Positions 53,177 to 63,614 of a DNA stretch of 64,000 nucleotides are shown one piece after another (the first letter of the stretch is position 1; each line of letters opens with the position of its first letter). This DNA comes from an uncultured Planctomycetaceae bacterium (lineage in GTDB: Bacteria > Planctomycetota > Planctomycetia > Planctomycetales > Planctomycetaceae). A program made the position numbers and the translations under genes. The stretch is from contig CAWFGE010000018.1 in the NCBI GenBank assembly GCA_963815195.1, positions 64,001-128,000 of the forward strand. The letters are read 5' to 3'. The notes under the pieces were generated by a model. It saw nothing but the letters and a program-made list of their open reading frames with translations. It did no database searches and was not told the DNA's origin.

Positions 53177-54928
53177 TCACTCGTTCGTGGTGAGGCCGCC
53201 GGTGGTGACGCGGATTTGATTGGGCGCGATCTGGATGCTCAGATAGACCGCGTCCAGAATCTGGAGCACATCTTCCAGCCGCTTGAGGCGTTTCTCGGCC
53301 TCGTCGCGCGGCAGCGCGTGCGAGGCGACGGCTTGTTCCAGGAGAAAGTCGTGGTGTTCTGACACGAACTCGCGGATCGCCTGCCAGCTCACGAACAGCA
53401 CCTGGCCTTCCGGCGAAGTTTGCCGGCCGCTCCAGAGCCGATAGACGGGACTCGCCGTGAGTTTGGGTTCGGCGGGCGAAAGGAATTCCGCGATCACCTC
53501 GGGCGAGCTGGCGAAGATCAAATAGTCGGACGACACCGCATACGCGGGGCGATAAGGGCCGACGGATTCCACCCAATGCGTGTCGCCGGCGGCGTCTGGT
53601 TTGGATTTCACGACCGCGGGCGGATTCGATGTTTGCATCGCAGCCAGCAAGTTGAAGCCCGTGTTGAGCGCAGTTCCCGATCGCTTTGCGGACGGTGATG
53701 GGATCGTTGTCGGCCGGGGCGGGCGGAAGCTGGATCGCCAACAATCCTTCCACCGGGACCGCGTCTTTATCCAACGGTTCGCGGGGCACGAGATAGAAAC
53801 CCCAATTCGGGCGGAACTTGGGCAGGACATCGTCGAACAGGTCCATTCCCAACAAAAGCCCGCGAACAATCTGCCGGGCGTTCTGCCATTTTTGGCGGCT
53901 GGGTTCGTCCATCTTGGCGGTGGCGAGATGGTCGATGCCCGCCAAGTCCTGCTTACCCGCAAACACGACCAGCGCCGCGCGGGCACCTGGTTCAAGAACT
54001 GGGGAAACCCGCTCGTGCGGCTGACCAATTGCTGCCAGCGTTCGGGAAGGGCCGTCGGATCGTAGTGCAGCACCAAATCGACCGCCAATCCCTGGTTCGC
54101 CCGGAGGCCCACCGCCACGGCCCGGCAGCGTTTCCACAGCGCCGCCGCGAGTTGCTCAGGCTCCGTCTTGCCCTCCGCGATCGTCCAACCCGTCTTCCAG
54201 GCTTGGGGATCGAAATACACCGTCGCCAGGCAATCGGCGGCGAGGGACTCTTTCGCGAGCCGATAGTTCCCGTTCTCGCCGAGCGACGGTTCCTGCAACT
54301 GCCCCAGGTTGCGGCGGATGACGTCGCGAATCGCTTCCTCATCATCCGACAGGGCGAAGAGGTCGCCTTCGGCGAAATAGAACTGCGGGCGGCCGGCTTC
54401 GGGGTTTTTGCCTTTGAACTCGGTGCGGCGGAAGTATGGGGCTTTGGAAAACGTCAAGGGTTCCAGCTTGACCCGCTCGTCGCGGTTCCAGAGGGCAAGG
54501 GCGCTTTGGAGCGATTCGCTGCTCGCGGCTCTCAGCAAGAGCACGCCGGCCGGTTTGCCCGCCGGGCGCGGATACGCCGCGAACACCACCTGCTGCCCGA
54601 ACAAATTCAGAGCAAACCGGCCGAACGGCTGGCCGGTTTGGTGTTGGATATAACTGCGAACGTCCGTGAGTTTTTGAAACTCCCGGCTTTCTTTCCACGC
54701 GAGAAACACCGGAAGCTTCTCCACCCGATCGAGGAGCGCCGAATGCGTGAGTTCCGGGACCCGCCGATTCAGGTCGGAGACTTCCAGGCACAGCCCCGCA
54801 TTGGACCCGACAAACGAGAGCAACTCCCCATGCGAGGCTTTCGCCTGCCCAAAAGCCCCGTGCGGAATTCCCAATCCCAGAACGGAAACCCAACCGGCGA
54901 CAATGAGCAACGGGGAGCGTGTTAACAT
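53177..54928 (-). CDS. Exported hypothetical protein, with two compensating frameshifts (~53980, ~53680)
   Basis: Signal peptide; the central segment reads sensibly only in the alternate frame (ORF 52896-54137). Confidence 0.65.
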   Translation of the reverse strand: MLTRSPLLIVAGWVSVLGLGIPHGAFGQAKASHGELLSFVGSNAGLCLEVSDLNRRVPELTHSALLDRVEKLPVFLAWKESREFQKLTDVRSYIQHQTGQPFGRFALNLFGQQVVFAAYPRPAGKPAGVLLLRAASSESLQSALALWNRDERVKLEPLTFSKAPYFRRTEFKGKNPEAGRPQFYFAEGDLFALSDDEEAIRDVIRRNLGQLQEPSLGENGNYRLAKESLAADCLATVYFDPQAWKTGWTIAEGKTEPEQLAAALWKRCRAVAVGLRANQGLAVDLVLHYDPTALPERWQQLVSRTSGFPQFLNQVPARRWSCLRVSRTWRASTISPPPRWTNPAAKNGRTPGRLFAGFCWEWTCSTMSCPSSARIGVSISCPANRWIKTRSRWKDCWRSSFRPPRPTTIPSPSAKRSGTALNTGFNLLAAMQTSNPPAVVKSKPDAAGDTHWVESVGPYRPAYAVSSDYLIFASSPEVIAEFLSPAEPKLTASPVYRLWSGRQTSPEGQVLFVSWQAIREFVSEHHDFLLEQAVASHALPRDEAEKRLKRLEDVLQILDAVYLSIQIAPNQIRVTTGGLTTNE

Positions 54929-55001
54929 GGTTTTGTTCTCGAAGGCAAAATTGGTGGCACGGACAGTCTGGCCGGTGCGGGTTCATTGATGGCAACGGCT
55001 T

Positions 55002-55811
55002 CTATAACCGGGAACCATCGCCCGGTAGGACATCCAGGAGAAAGCCCATGGCCTGGCCGACGTCGTGGCCGACCGGTTTCAGGCCCGCTCCGATTCCGTC
55101 CATCCATTGGGACGAGGACTTCGTTTCCGGGTTGGGGTGTTCGGATTGAGGAGACGGCGGCGATGACGGGCGGGGAACGAACACGGCGGCGCTCGCGAAC
55201 GAGTCGGCCGTGTCGCTGGCCAGCACCCCAAACGCCGACCCCGCGTCCTGAGCCAACGCCTGCCAATCCCGCTCGGCCCCGTCTGCTTCCGGCAGCGGAA
55301 CGGACGGATTTTTTTCAGCGAACGCAGGGGAATCGCCCTCGTTCGCCGGCGGCGATTGGGGATTTGTTTTGGAGACCAGGTGAGTGTCCGGCAAGTCGTC
55401 GCCGGCCGGCCTGGGAACGAAAAATACCACAACGCACGCCAGGGCCGTCGCCGCCGCCGCGAGCAGGATCGTCAAACCGGGACGGCCGTTGAATCGGCGG
55501 CCCGAATCCGAATGGGGCTTCGCCACGGCATGATTGGAGGCGGCCTGCTCTTCGCGCCAGCGGGCGATCACGGCATCGGCAAGATCGACCGCGGGGACGC
55601 TGTCTTTCCAGGCGGGCAGCACCCGCTCCAAGAGCGCGAACTCGTTCCACAAGGTTCGGCACGCGGGGCAGGCGTGCGCGTGGGAGCGGAGTTCCCGCCA
55701 CAGCGCCTCGTCGGACTCGGACGCCTCCGCGGACAACTCGACCGGCGAGCGGCGGTCTTCCACCGCCTCGGCCAACCGCTCTTCAAACTTCATGCAATTC
55801 AAATCGGGCAT
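55002..55811 (-). CDS. Zinc-binding anti-sigma factor (ZAS-like) with TM helix
   Basis: HAHACPAC (HxxxCxxC), TM helix, overlaps the sigma factor gene end. Confidence 0.75.
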   Translation of the reverse strand: MPDLNCMKFEERLAEAVEDRRSPVELSAEASESDEALWRELRSHAHACPACRTLWNEFALLERVLPAWKDSVPAVDLADAVIARWREEQAASNHAVAKPHSDSGRRFNGRPGLTILLAAAATALACVVVFFVPRPAGDDLPDTHLVSKTNPQSPPANEGDSPAFAEKNPSVPLPEADGAERDWQALAQDAGSAFGVLASDTADSFASAAVFVPRPSSPPSPQSEHPNPETKSSSQWMDGIGAGLKPVGHDVGQAMGFLLDVLPGDGSRL

Positions 55812-56370
55812 CGGGTACGACTCCTCGGCGCTCCAGAAACTCGGCCAGTTCCCTTCGGGCGCGGTGCAGCCACGTCTTCACCGTGCCCGGCGGGCGGTTC
55901 AAAACTTCGCTGACTTCCGTCAGGCTCAATTCCTGCTGATGAAACAAAATGATGCAAGTCCGGTACTCTTCGCGAAGCTGCTCGAGAGCCAACTGCAATT
56001 CCTCCCCGAGCGCGTCGCTCTCTTCGTGGACATCGCGGCAGGATTCGTTGGAGACGAACTCCGTGGGCGTCGGGCGGCGGTTGCGTTTCATAAGAGCGGT
56101 CCGGCAGCGATTGGCGGCAATCGTCAACAACCACGGCTTGAACGGCCGCGTCGAATCCCAGGTGTGCAAACTGCGAAACGTGCGGACGAAAACATCCTGG
56201 GCCACGTCCTCGGCGTCCTCGCGGTGGCCGAGCATCCGAAAACACAGCCCGAACACCGCCCCTTGAAAACGTTCCACGAGACAGCGCATGCTGGCTTCAT
56301 CACCGCCGAGGCAGCATTCTACGAGTGTCGCATCATCATCGGCCACAAGCACCTCGCCCCGCGATGTCAA
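55783..56370 (-). CDS. ECF RNA polymerase sigma factor
   Basis: DAEDVAQDVF, FKPWLLTIAANRC, GTVKTWLHRAR. Confidence 0.92.
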   Translation of the reverse strand: MTSRGEVLVADDDATLVECCLGGDEASMRCLVERFQGAVFGLCFRMLGHREDAEDVAQDVFVRTFRSLHTWDSTRPFKPWLLTIAANRCRTALMKRNRRPTPTEFVSNESCRDVHEESDALGEELQLALEQLREEYRTCIILFHQQELSLTEVSEVLNRPPGTVKTWLHRARRELAEFLERRGVVPDARFELHEV

Positions 56371-56450
56371 CTCTGTCTCAAAAAAACGCCTCCTTGCAGC
56401 GATCCTTCAAGGGAAATTACCCCAGGCCCGCCCGGAGGGTTTCAAAAGAA

Positions 56451-56495
56451 ATGACCAATGGAATTGACCAATGACCAAGCCCCAATGACCAAAAA
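56451..56495. repeat. Short periodic repeats (AATGACC)
   Basis: ATGACCAATGGAATTGACCAATGACCAAGCCCCAATGACC; reverse complement motif at 29965-29976. Confidence 0.5.
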
Positions 56496-56587
56496 AGGCA
56501 AGCGTGGGACGAACGTCCCCTGATCTTCCCAAACGCCAGGACATTCTCGTGAACGACGAGATCACGGGGCTGACGCCCCGCGCTCGC

Positions 56588-57592
56588 CTAGGCCTGCGGG
56601 TTGCCCTTGTTGCGGTAGCGGTCGCTCGCGCGGGCCAGTTGGCGTTTTTCCGATTCGGACAGCGAATCCATCCCGTGCTGATGAACCTTGTCCAACAGCG
56701 CATCCAGCAGGCGTTCGTTTTCGAGTTCCTTTTCCGCTTGCCGGCGGGCTTTTTCTTCCCGGCGGCGCTGCCGCCACCGCTGCCAGAATCCCGGCGGGCG
56801 TTCCGTCGGGGTTTCCGACTGCTCCAGGCTCGTGTAGCCTTGGGAAAAGTCGTAGCCCATGAACGACTCGTCGTAATGGTCGGCCTGCTGCAATTGATGG
56901 CGTTCGATCAGGCTGGCGATGAACACGATCGCCCCCATCAACACCAGCCACGCCCATTCCACGAAGACGCCGATCACCATCGCGATCACGCCCACGATGA
57001 ACCCCACGACCACCGACAGTTCGATCGCCCGCCGGGGGCCCATCCGCATGGTGGCGATGCTCCGCAGCATGTGCCCGCCGTCCAAGGGCATCACCGGGAC
57101 CAGATTCACGAGCAGCAGCACCCAGTTCAGACAGAACGTGAGCACCACGAGATCGCGGATCAGATGATTTCCAAAATGCAGCGTCGGCAACACAAACGGG
57201 TTGAGCGAATCCTTGAGAAAGTCGTTTTGGAACGCGGTGTAAAATGTCAGCGCACAGAGCGCGACGTTGACCAAAGGTCCGCCGCCGGTGGTGAGCAGTT
57301 GCGATTTCATGGTGTTGGCGGGGCGGACGAAGGCGAGGCCTCCCAAAGGCCACAGGAGGATTTCATTCCCCGAGCCGCCGGTGAGCCGGGCTCCCGCGAT
57401 ATGGCCGAACTCGTGGAGCAGCACGCTCACCACGAGCACACAAGAGACCGCCACGCCCATCTCGAGACTGAACCCGGGCTTGATGAGAAAATACGCGATC
57501 AAGATCGGGAAGAACCAACTGATGCGGACCTGGACTCCGAACCAGTTGCCCAACGGGAAGGACCAAAATGCGATGCTGTCCTGGTGATTCAT
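56588..57592 (-). CDS. Site-2 protease (M50) with C-terminal DUF6576-like helical domain
   Basis: HEFGH, WPLGGLA, NLVPVMPLDGG; LDALLDKVHQHG.DSLS..EK. Confidence 0.88.
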   Translation of the reverse strand: MNHQDSIAFWSFPLGNWFGVQVRISWFFPILIAYFLIKPGFSLEMGVAVSCVLVVSVLLHEFGHIAGARLTGGSGNEILLWPLGGLAFVRPANTMKSQLLTTGGGPLVNVALCALTFYTAFQNDFLKDSLNPFVLPTLHFGNHLIRDLVVLTFCLNWVLLLVNLVPVMPLDGGHMLRSIATMRMGPRRAIELSVVVGFIVGVIAMVIGVFVEWAWLVLMGAIVFIASLIERHQLQQADHYDESFMGYDFSQGYTSLEQSETPTERPPGFWQRWRQRRREEKARRQAEKELENERLLDALLDKVHQHGMDSLSESEKRQLARASDRYRNKGNPQA

Positions 57593-57803
57593 GGAGAAGG
57601 GCCGCTCTTCCGATGTGAGGAGTTTTCAAAATCACCGCGGGGGACCTGCGCACGGCGATCTCAAAATTTTACCACTCAAAAAACCCGCCCGCAATTCTTG
57701 TTCTCCGCGAGCGGGGCGGCATGCGGAAAACCCCGCATTCCCGGAGGAATGCGGGGTTTTGGCAAAACTTGAGGATCCGGCCCGGAAAAGCCGGTTTTTC
57801 AGG

Positions 57804-59111
57804 CTAAAACTGCAAACCCGCGCGGCCGATGAATCCGGGATTCACATCGAACGCAGGGGTGCCTCTCAGAAACTGCACTTCCCGGCTGAAGACCACGCCG
57901 GCTTCAAAAAAGGCCGACACTCCGTAGGGATTCACCGTCCGCAGACCGCCCAGCACCCGCCAGTCGCGGTACTGGATTTGATCGTTGTAGGGATGGTCGA
58001 CGCCGGCGAACCGGATCGGCTGGCGCTGGATTTGGTAGGATTCCACATGGTATTCGCCGCGGAGGTACGCCCATTTCGCGATCCCGCCGCCGTCGCTGAT
58101 CAGGAAACTGATCCGCGGATTGGGGAACACGAGAATGTATTCCCGCCGCGGGCTGGGCCGGCGGATCACGCCGATGTAAGGCAGAATGATGTCGTCCACG
58201 CGGTCCCAATACAAGACCCCGCCGACCAACGTGGTTTGCGGCGAAACGCGGTGGAACATGACCGCCCGCGCGTCCAGGTTCCAGGCCGTGCTGGACAGGG
58301 AACTGTTGAAGTCGGTGTTGATCGACGGGTTGAAACCCACCTGGTACACCACCGGGTTGTCCACCGGCGTCGTCAATTCAAAATCGGTGCCGAAGTGGTG
58401 CAAGCTTCCCGGCAGATCGATGGCGTTTTGGTAGAGATTGCCGGCATTGATCGGCGACGCGTTGTTGGGGCCGTTCCAAGACCGGAGCCCGTATTGGAAG
58501 GTGTAGGAAAAGATCGACCGGTCAAAAATTGGAAACGTGTATTCCCCGGCATAATCGAACTCGAAAATCCCCAGATTTCCCAGTTGCGATCCGTAGTTTT
58601 TGTCGCGTTCGGTGTCCATCACCGGGAGCATGCCGAAGTTCAGGCGATGCGTCACCCCGAAACGGTAGGGCTGGAGGCCGTTGATCGAATAGGACACGGG
58701 CAACAGTCCCGGCGGGTCGGAAACCTGCGTCAGCGGGACCACATTCTCGCTTCCGCCCATAAACGGATCGGACGTAAACGGATCGGTGCTAAACGGAGCC
58801 GACGGCTGCGAGGGCGGCAGGACCGGCGCATAGTTCGGCACGGGCGACCCCCCGGGAATCCCGCCGTCCGGCACGACCATGCCCGGCGAAAAGGTGGGGG
58901 GCGGCGCAGTTTGCAACGGAATGCCCGGCTGAACCGGGCCGCCCAAGGTCGGGCCTTGGGCATAAACCGGCATCGATTGGTAGAACGGATCGGGACTTTG
59001 CGCCCGAACCACGCGCTCGAACCGCGGTGAAGGGGAAGACACGCTGGGAATCGCGGGATCCGCCGGCGGGGCAGTCAGCGCGCTGACGAGACAGAGAAAG
59101 GTTGCGTTCAC
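57804..59111 (-). CDS. Putative outer-membrane beta-barrel protein with Pro-rich N-terminus
   Basis: Alternating aromatic strands, C-terminal GRAGLQF. Confidence 0.6.
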   Translation of the reverse strand: MNATFLCLVSALTAPPADPAIPSVSSPSPRFERVVRAQSPDPFYQSMPVYAQGPTLGGPVQPGIPLQTAPPPTFSPGMVVPDGGIPGGSPVPNYAPVLPPSQPSAPFSTDPFTSDPFMGGSENVVPLTQVSDPPGLLPVSYSINGLQPYRFGVTHRLNFGMLPVMDTERDKNYGSQLGNLGIFEFDYAGEYTFPIFDRSIFSYTFQYGLRSWNGPNNASPINAGNLYQNAIDLPGSLHHFGTDFELTTPVDNPVVYQVGFNPSINTDFNSSLSSTAWNLDARAVMFHRVSPQTTLVGGVLYWDRVDDIILPYIGVIRRPSPRREYILVFPNPRISFLISDGGGIAKWAYLRGEYHVESYQIQRQPIRFAGVDHPYNDQIQYRDWRVLGGLRTVNPYGVSAFFEAGVVFSREVQFLRGTPAFDVNPGFIGRAGLQF

Positions 59112-59285
59112 GGCACAGCCTATTGCGGAAAGGAGAGATGGAGTTGAAAGGCGTTAAAACCGACCGGATCGGTCGATGAGTGAGAGGTGGCGGGATTCTC
59201 CACAACTCCCGAAATCCGTCAAGACCAACTCTTGAGGAAATGTTCCGCATTTCCACCGTTTTCAAAGATTTTTCCGCCGCGCACA

Positions 59286-59335
59286 AAATGGGGACAGGCA
59301 CTATTTCCCTACGGAAACGGTGCCTGTCCCCATTT
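59286..59335. repeat. REP-like hairpin (16-bp perfect IR)
   Basis: AAATGGGGACAGGCAC / GTGCCTGTCCCCATTT. Confidence 0.8.
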
Positions 59336-59454
59336 CTCAAACCCGCTGGTTTCTCGTTCTCTCCCCTTCCCCCAAACTCCCTTTCTTCCCTTCTTTCCAA
59401 AAAAGGGAAAACATCGGAACGAGCAAAAGGCGGATCCAACAAGATGCGGGACGT

Positions 59455-59691
59455 TTATTTATGGTATCCGAGGTCCTCGATGACCCGGTACAACTCGGCA
59501 TAGGTGATGAATCGCCGGCGGTGCTGGAGCTTGTAGCAATCGACCGCCTGGGCCAATTCGGCCACTTCCGGGCGTTCCGAATCGTGCGAGTTTTGGAATT
59601 GACGCCGTTCGGGTCCGTCCGGCCGCTTGCCCGGTTCGCTCGTTCGGCGATCCACAAACGGGGCAGGCTTCTGCTCTAGAGTCTGATTCAT
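59455..59691 (-). CDS. Small hypothetical protein (78 aa)
   Basis: GGAG RBS; FVDRR..ERRQF..ELAQAVD.YKL.HRRRFITY.EL..LGY. Confidence 0.7.
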   Translation of the reverse strand: MNQTLEQKPAPFVDRRTSEPGKRPDGPERRQFQNSHDSERPEVAELAQAVDCYKLQHRRRFITYAELYRVIEDLGYHK

Positions 59692-59889
59692 TAGACTACT
59701 CCAAAAGGGAAAGGAAATTCTGAAGAAACCTAATCTCCGAAACCTGTACGGGCAAATAAATTCCCCGGTCAAACTGCGGGGTTTCCGAAAAAAAGCGGAT
59801 TTCTCAGGGAAATTCCGAACACAGCCGCTCGGGGGTTTTGCCGGTCCGATTCTGTCGCTTCTTAAACCGTCTCCCACGATCGAATCCCG

Positions 59890-60885
59890 ATGTCCACCAA
59901 AATCACTATTTTGGGTAACGGGGCGATGGCCACCGCCTGTGCGATTCTGCTCAGCGAGAATCCCGAACAGCGCGTGGCCATGTGGACCCGCAACCCCGCC
60001 TATGCCGAGGAAATCTCCCGCGACCGGGAAAACCGCCGGCTCTTGCCCGGCGTCCCGCTGCCCGAATCGCTGGAAGTCACCGGGGACATCGACCAGGCCA
60101 TCGAGGGGGCGGAGTTTCTGATCGCCGCGATCCCCACGAAATATCTGCGGTCGGCTTTGATGCAGTTGGCACCGAGCCTCAAAGGCGACCGGCCGGTCGT
60201 CAGCGTGATCAAAGGCCTCGAAAACCAAACCTTCATGCGGCCCAGCGAAATCATCGAAGACGTCCTGGGCAGCCGGGCGGTCGTCGCATTGGGGGGCCCG
60301 AGCCATGCCGAGGAAATCTCCCGCCGGCTTCCCGCGAGCGTGGTCGCCGCCAGCGGCGATGTCGCCTTGGCCAAGACCGTGCAGGAGATGTTTACGACCG
60401 ACCGCTTCCGCGTTTACACGAACCAGGACATCATCGGCGTCGAACTCGCCGGGGCGCTCAAGAACATCATCGCCATCGCCGCGGGCATCTCCGACGGCCT
60501 CAAATACGGCGACAACGCCAAGTCCGCCCTGGTCACGCGGGGGCTGGTCGAGATCACCCGCTTCGGCGAATCCCTGGGAGCCGAGCCGTTGACGTTCTCC
60601 GGCCTCGCGGGCATGGGGGATTTGATCACGACCTGCACCAGCCGCTACAGCCGAAACCGCATGGTCGGCGAACGGTTGGGCCAAGGCGAAAACCTCAACG
60701 ACATTCTCAATTCGATGCGCGGCGTCGCCGAGGGCGTGACCACGACCAGCAGCGTTTACGAACTCGCCGAGAAAATGGCGATCGACATGCCCATCACGCA
60801 GGAAGTCTACCGCGTGCTCTTCGAGGAAAAATCCCCCGAAGAAGCCACCAACACCCTCATGCTCCGCCCCCCGCGCGATGAATGA
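59890..60885 (+). CDS. gpsA: NAD(P)H-dependent glycerol-3-phosphate dehydrogenase
   Basis: KGLE, GPSHAEE, GALKNIIAIAAG, GDNAK, GLAGMGDLITTC.S..SRN, AEGV.T. Confidence 0.95.
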   Translation: MSTKITILGNGAMATACAILLSENPEQRVAMWTRNPAYAEEISRDRENRRLLPGVPLPESLEVTGDIDQAIEGAEFLIAAIPTKYLRSALMQLAPSLKGDRPVVSVIKGLENQTFMRPSEIIEDVLGSRAVVALGGPSHAEEISRRLPASVVAASGDVALAKTVQEMFTTDRFRVYTNQDIIGVELAGALKNIIAIAAGISDGLKYGDNAKSALVTRGLVEITRFGESLGAEPLTFSGLAGMGDLITTCTSRYSRNRMVGERLGQGENLNDILNSMRGVAEGVTTTSSVYELAEKMAIDMPITQEVYRVLFEEKSPEEATNTLMLRPPRDE

Positions 60886-61164
60886 GTGATCCGCCGATGT
60901 CGAATCGTTCGCTTCTAATTCGACTCGAGAAAGCGATAGAGGACGTCGAGCACCATCGAATCGAGTTCGGTGAGTTATAGACGGTTGGGTGGCTGGGGCG
61001 CAATTTCCCCTTTGAATCAAGTTTGAATTGCGAATGCTGGGGCTGTGGACGAACAATAAAAAGGTCACACGGCCCCAGCACTCAAATCGCGGTTTTTGCT
61101 CGGGCCATTTTTTGCGCCCCAGCCACCCCTCCGCTACGGACGCTGATCGCAGTGTGTGCAGAAA

Positions 61165-62838
61165 TCACAACCGGCCGCTGCGGAAGATGCCGTAGATCAG
61201 CCAGACGCCGAGGAGACTGGACACCGTAAACACGGGGACGCTGATCCACAGGGTCAGGGTCGCGCCGCCGGAGATGACGAGGGCCGAGGCGACGATCAGC
61301 GAGGCGAGGACCATGCCGATGACGAGGCGGTTGCTCGAGCGGTCGATTTCGGTCATCAGGTTCTCGACCCCGCGGTGTTCGAACTGGATGCGAAATTCGT
61401 CGTCGCTGAGCTTTTCGATCGTGCGGGCGATTTGCAGCGGGGTGTCGTGGAGCAGGCGTGCGAAGGTGCGGGCCTCGGCGTAGATGCGGTGGATGAGCCG
61501 CTGCGGATTGTACCGCTCGCGCACGACGTTCTCGATGAACGGGGCCAGGTGCTCGGCGAGGTTGAATTCCGGATCGAGGTCGCGGCCCACGCCTTCCAAA
61601 GTGACGATGGCCCGGACCAAGAGCATCAAATCGCTGGGAAAGCGGATGCCGTGATGGGCGACCATGCTCACGAAGTCCGAGAGCATTCGCCCGACTTTCA
61701 CGCGATCGAGCGGCATGCCGTAGTAGTTCTCGATAAAATCCCGCAGGTCCGCGCGGAGCACGGGCAGATCGACGGGCCTCCAGGCCTCGCCGAGGACGAG
61801 CATCGTATCCACGGCCAGGTTCACGTCGCGGTGGTGGATGGCGAGGATCAGATCGACGAGGGTCTCGCGCATGTCCTCGTCCAGCGTCCCGACCATGCCG
61901 TAATCGAGCAGGCAGATCGTCCCGTCCCGCAGGATGCGGATGTTGCCGGGATGCGGATCGCCGTGAAACACGCCCAGCTCGAACGCCTGCTTCATAAAGA
62001 TTTTCGCCCCGTTGGCGGCGAGCGGCCGCGTGGCGAGGCCCATCTCCTCGAGGGCGGCTTTGTCGTCGATCCGGCAGCCGCACACGAAGCCCATCGTCAG
62101 CACCGCTTCGGTGGTCAGGTCTTCGTAAACCGTGGGGACGACGAGCGTGGCGTCGTCCCGGAACATCCGCGCGAACTCGTTGATCGTCCGGCATTCGCGG
62201 AGGAAATTCATCTCCCGCCGAATCGTCCGCGCAAATTGATTCACCAGCCCGACCGGGTCGAAGGTCTGGGCTTCGGGAATGTGCCGCTCGAAGAGCAAGG
62301 CGAGATCCGTCATCAGCGCGATATCGGTTTCCACGTCGCGGATGACGTTGGGCCGGCGGATCTTTACCGCGACCCGGGTGCCGTCGTGATGCACCGCCTG
62401 ATGCACCTGGGCCAGCGAACCGGCGGCGATGGGGATGGGGTCGAACTCCTGAAACAGCTCCGTCGCGCTCGCCCCGAACTCATCGAGCAAAACCTGCATC
62501 GAGACATCCGACGGAAAGGCCGGCACCGATTCCTGCAGCTTCGAGAGTTCGGAAATGACATCCGCCGGCAACACGTCCGGGCGGGTGCTCATCACCTGGC
62601 CGAACTTGATGTAGGTCGCCCCCAGGCTTTCGAGCGCGAGGCGGATCCGCTCGGCCCGGCTGTGGCGGGGGGCGGCTTCATCCATCTTCCGCCAGAACAA
62701 GATCCGCTTGCCCCATTGCACGTAAGGCGCGAGGTGCAAGCGCTCGATGACGTCGCCGAACCCGTGCATCAACAGCACGGTCGCAATCTGCCGGCTGCGG
62801 CCCAAATTCTTCAACAAGCGAAACGGGCGCGGCTCCAA
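61165..62838 (-). CDS. ABC1/UbiB family atypical kinase
   Basis: LGATYIKFGQ, AAGSLAQVH, VAVKIRRP, FHGDPHPGN, DYGMVG; C-terminal TM helices. Confidence 0.92.
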   Translation of the reverse strand: MEPRPFRLLKNLGRSRQIATVLLMHGFGDVIERLHLAPYVQWGKRILFWRKMDEAAPRHSRAERIRLALESLGATYIKFGQVMSTRPDVLPADVISELSKLQESVPAFPSDVSMQVLLDEFGASATELFQEFDPIPIAAGSLAQVHQAVHHDGTRVAVKIRRPNVIRDVETDIALMTDLALLFERHIPEAQTFDPVGLVNQFARTIRREMNFLRECRTINEFARMFRDDATLVVPTVYEDLTTEAVLTMGFVCGCRIDDKAALEEMGLATRPLAANGAKIFMKQAFELGVFHGDPHPGNIRILRDGTICLLDYGMVGTLDEDMRETLVDLILAIHHRDVNLAVDTMLVLGEAWRPVDLPVLRADLRDFIENYYGMPLDRVKVGRMLSDFVSMVAHHGIRFPSDLMLLVRAIVTLEGVGRDLDPEFNLAEHLAPFIENVVRERYNPQRLIHRIYAEARTFARLLHDTPLQIARTIEKLSDDEFRIQFEHRGVENLMTEIDRSSNRLVIGMVLASLIVASALVISGGATLTLWISVPVFTVSSLLGVWLIYGIFRSGRL

Positions 62839-62868
62839 AACAATCTCCCCCCTCCGAACGCGTCGGAA

Positions 62869-63513
62869 TTATCTTCCCTGCGTGATTTCTTGCATGTCCT
62901 CCGCGGGCAGTTCGTGCAATCGCCAGCAATACCACGTGGCGACGCTTGCATAAGGCCGCCAGGGTTCCGCCAGCCGGAACGCCGTGGTTTTGTCGGGCAG
63001 GTCTTCTAAATCGTAGAGAATCTTGAGGGCCGACCGCAGGCCGAAGTCGGCGTGCGGGAACACGTCGGGCCGGCCGAGCGCGAAAATCAGAAACATCTGC
63101 GCGGTCCATTCGCCGATGCCCTTTACCGCCGTGAGCTCTGCGATGATCTCGGCGTCCGACTTGCGGCCGATCGTGTTGAGCGTGAGCCGCTCGTCGAGCA
63201 CGTGCGCCGACAGATCGAGCAGATAGCCCGCCTTCTGGCCGGAGAGTCCCGCGGACCGCAACTCCTCGGCTGTTCTCCGGGACAGGCTCTCCGCCGAGAT
63301 GCCCTCGGGCCCGAGCAGTTCCTCCAACCGCCGGCGGATGGCCGCAGCGGCTTTGGTGGAAACCTGCTGCGAGAGAATCGAGCGGACCAGCATCCCAAAG
63401 CGGTCCGCGTTCGGGCGCAGCGTAAACGCCCCCACGCGGACAATCAAACCCCGCATCACCGGATCCGCGTCTTGCAAATGGCCGAGGGCGGCTTCTCGAT
63501 CCTGTCGTCGCAT
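62869..63513 (-). CDS. DNA-3-methyladenine glycosylase II (AlkA-like, HhH-GPD)
   Basis: ILSQQVS, GLSGQK, VKGIGEWTAQM, RPDVFP.AD.G, WRPY. Confidence 0.9.
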   Translation of the reverse strand: MRRQDREAALGHLQDADPVMRGLIVRVGAFTLRPNADRFGMLVRSILSQQVSTKAAAAIRRRLEELLGPEGISAESLSRRTAEELRSAGLSGQKAGYLLDLSAHVLDERLTLNTIGRKSDAEIIAELTAVKGIGEWTAQMFLIFALGRPDVFPHADFGLRSALKILYDLEDLPDKTTAFRLAEPWRPYASVATWYCWRLHELPAEDMQEITQGR

Positions 63514-63614
63514 GGGTCTCCAACTGAATTGGCGAGCAGACCACCCTCCGGCCGGTGCCCGCGTCAGCCCTTTTGATGGCTCCCAAAAAAGAATCGCCGA
63601 ACTCCGCGGATCGA

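Noticed and set aside
60897..60980. Short ORF after gpsA (MSNRSLLIRLEKAIED...)
   Set aside because: Only 27 codons; cannot be supported as a gene.
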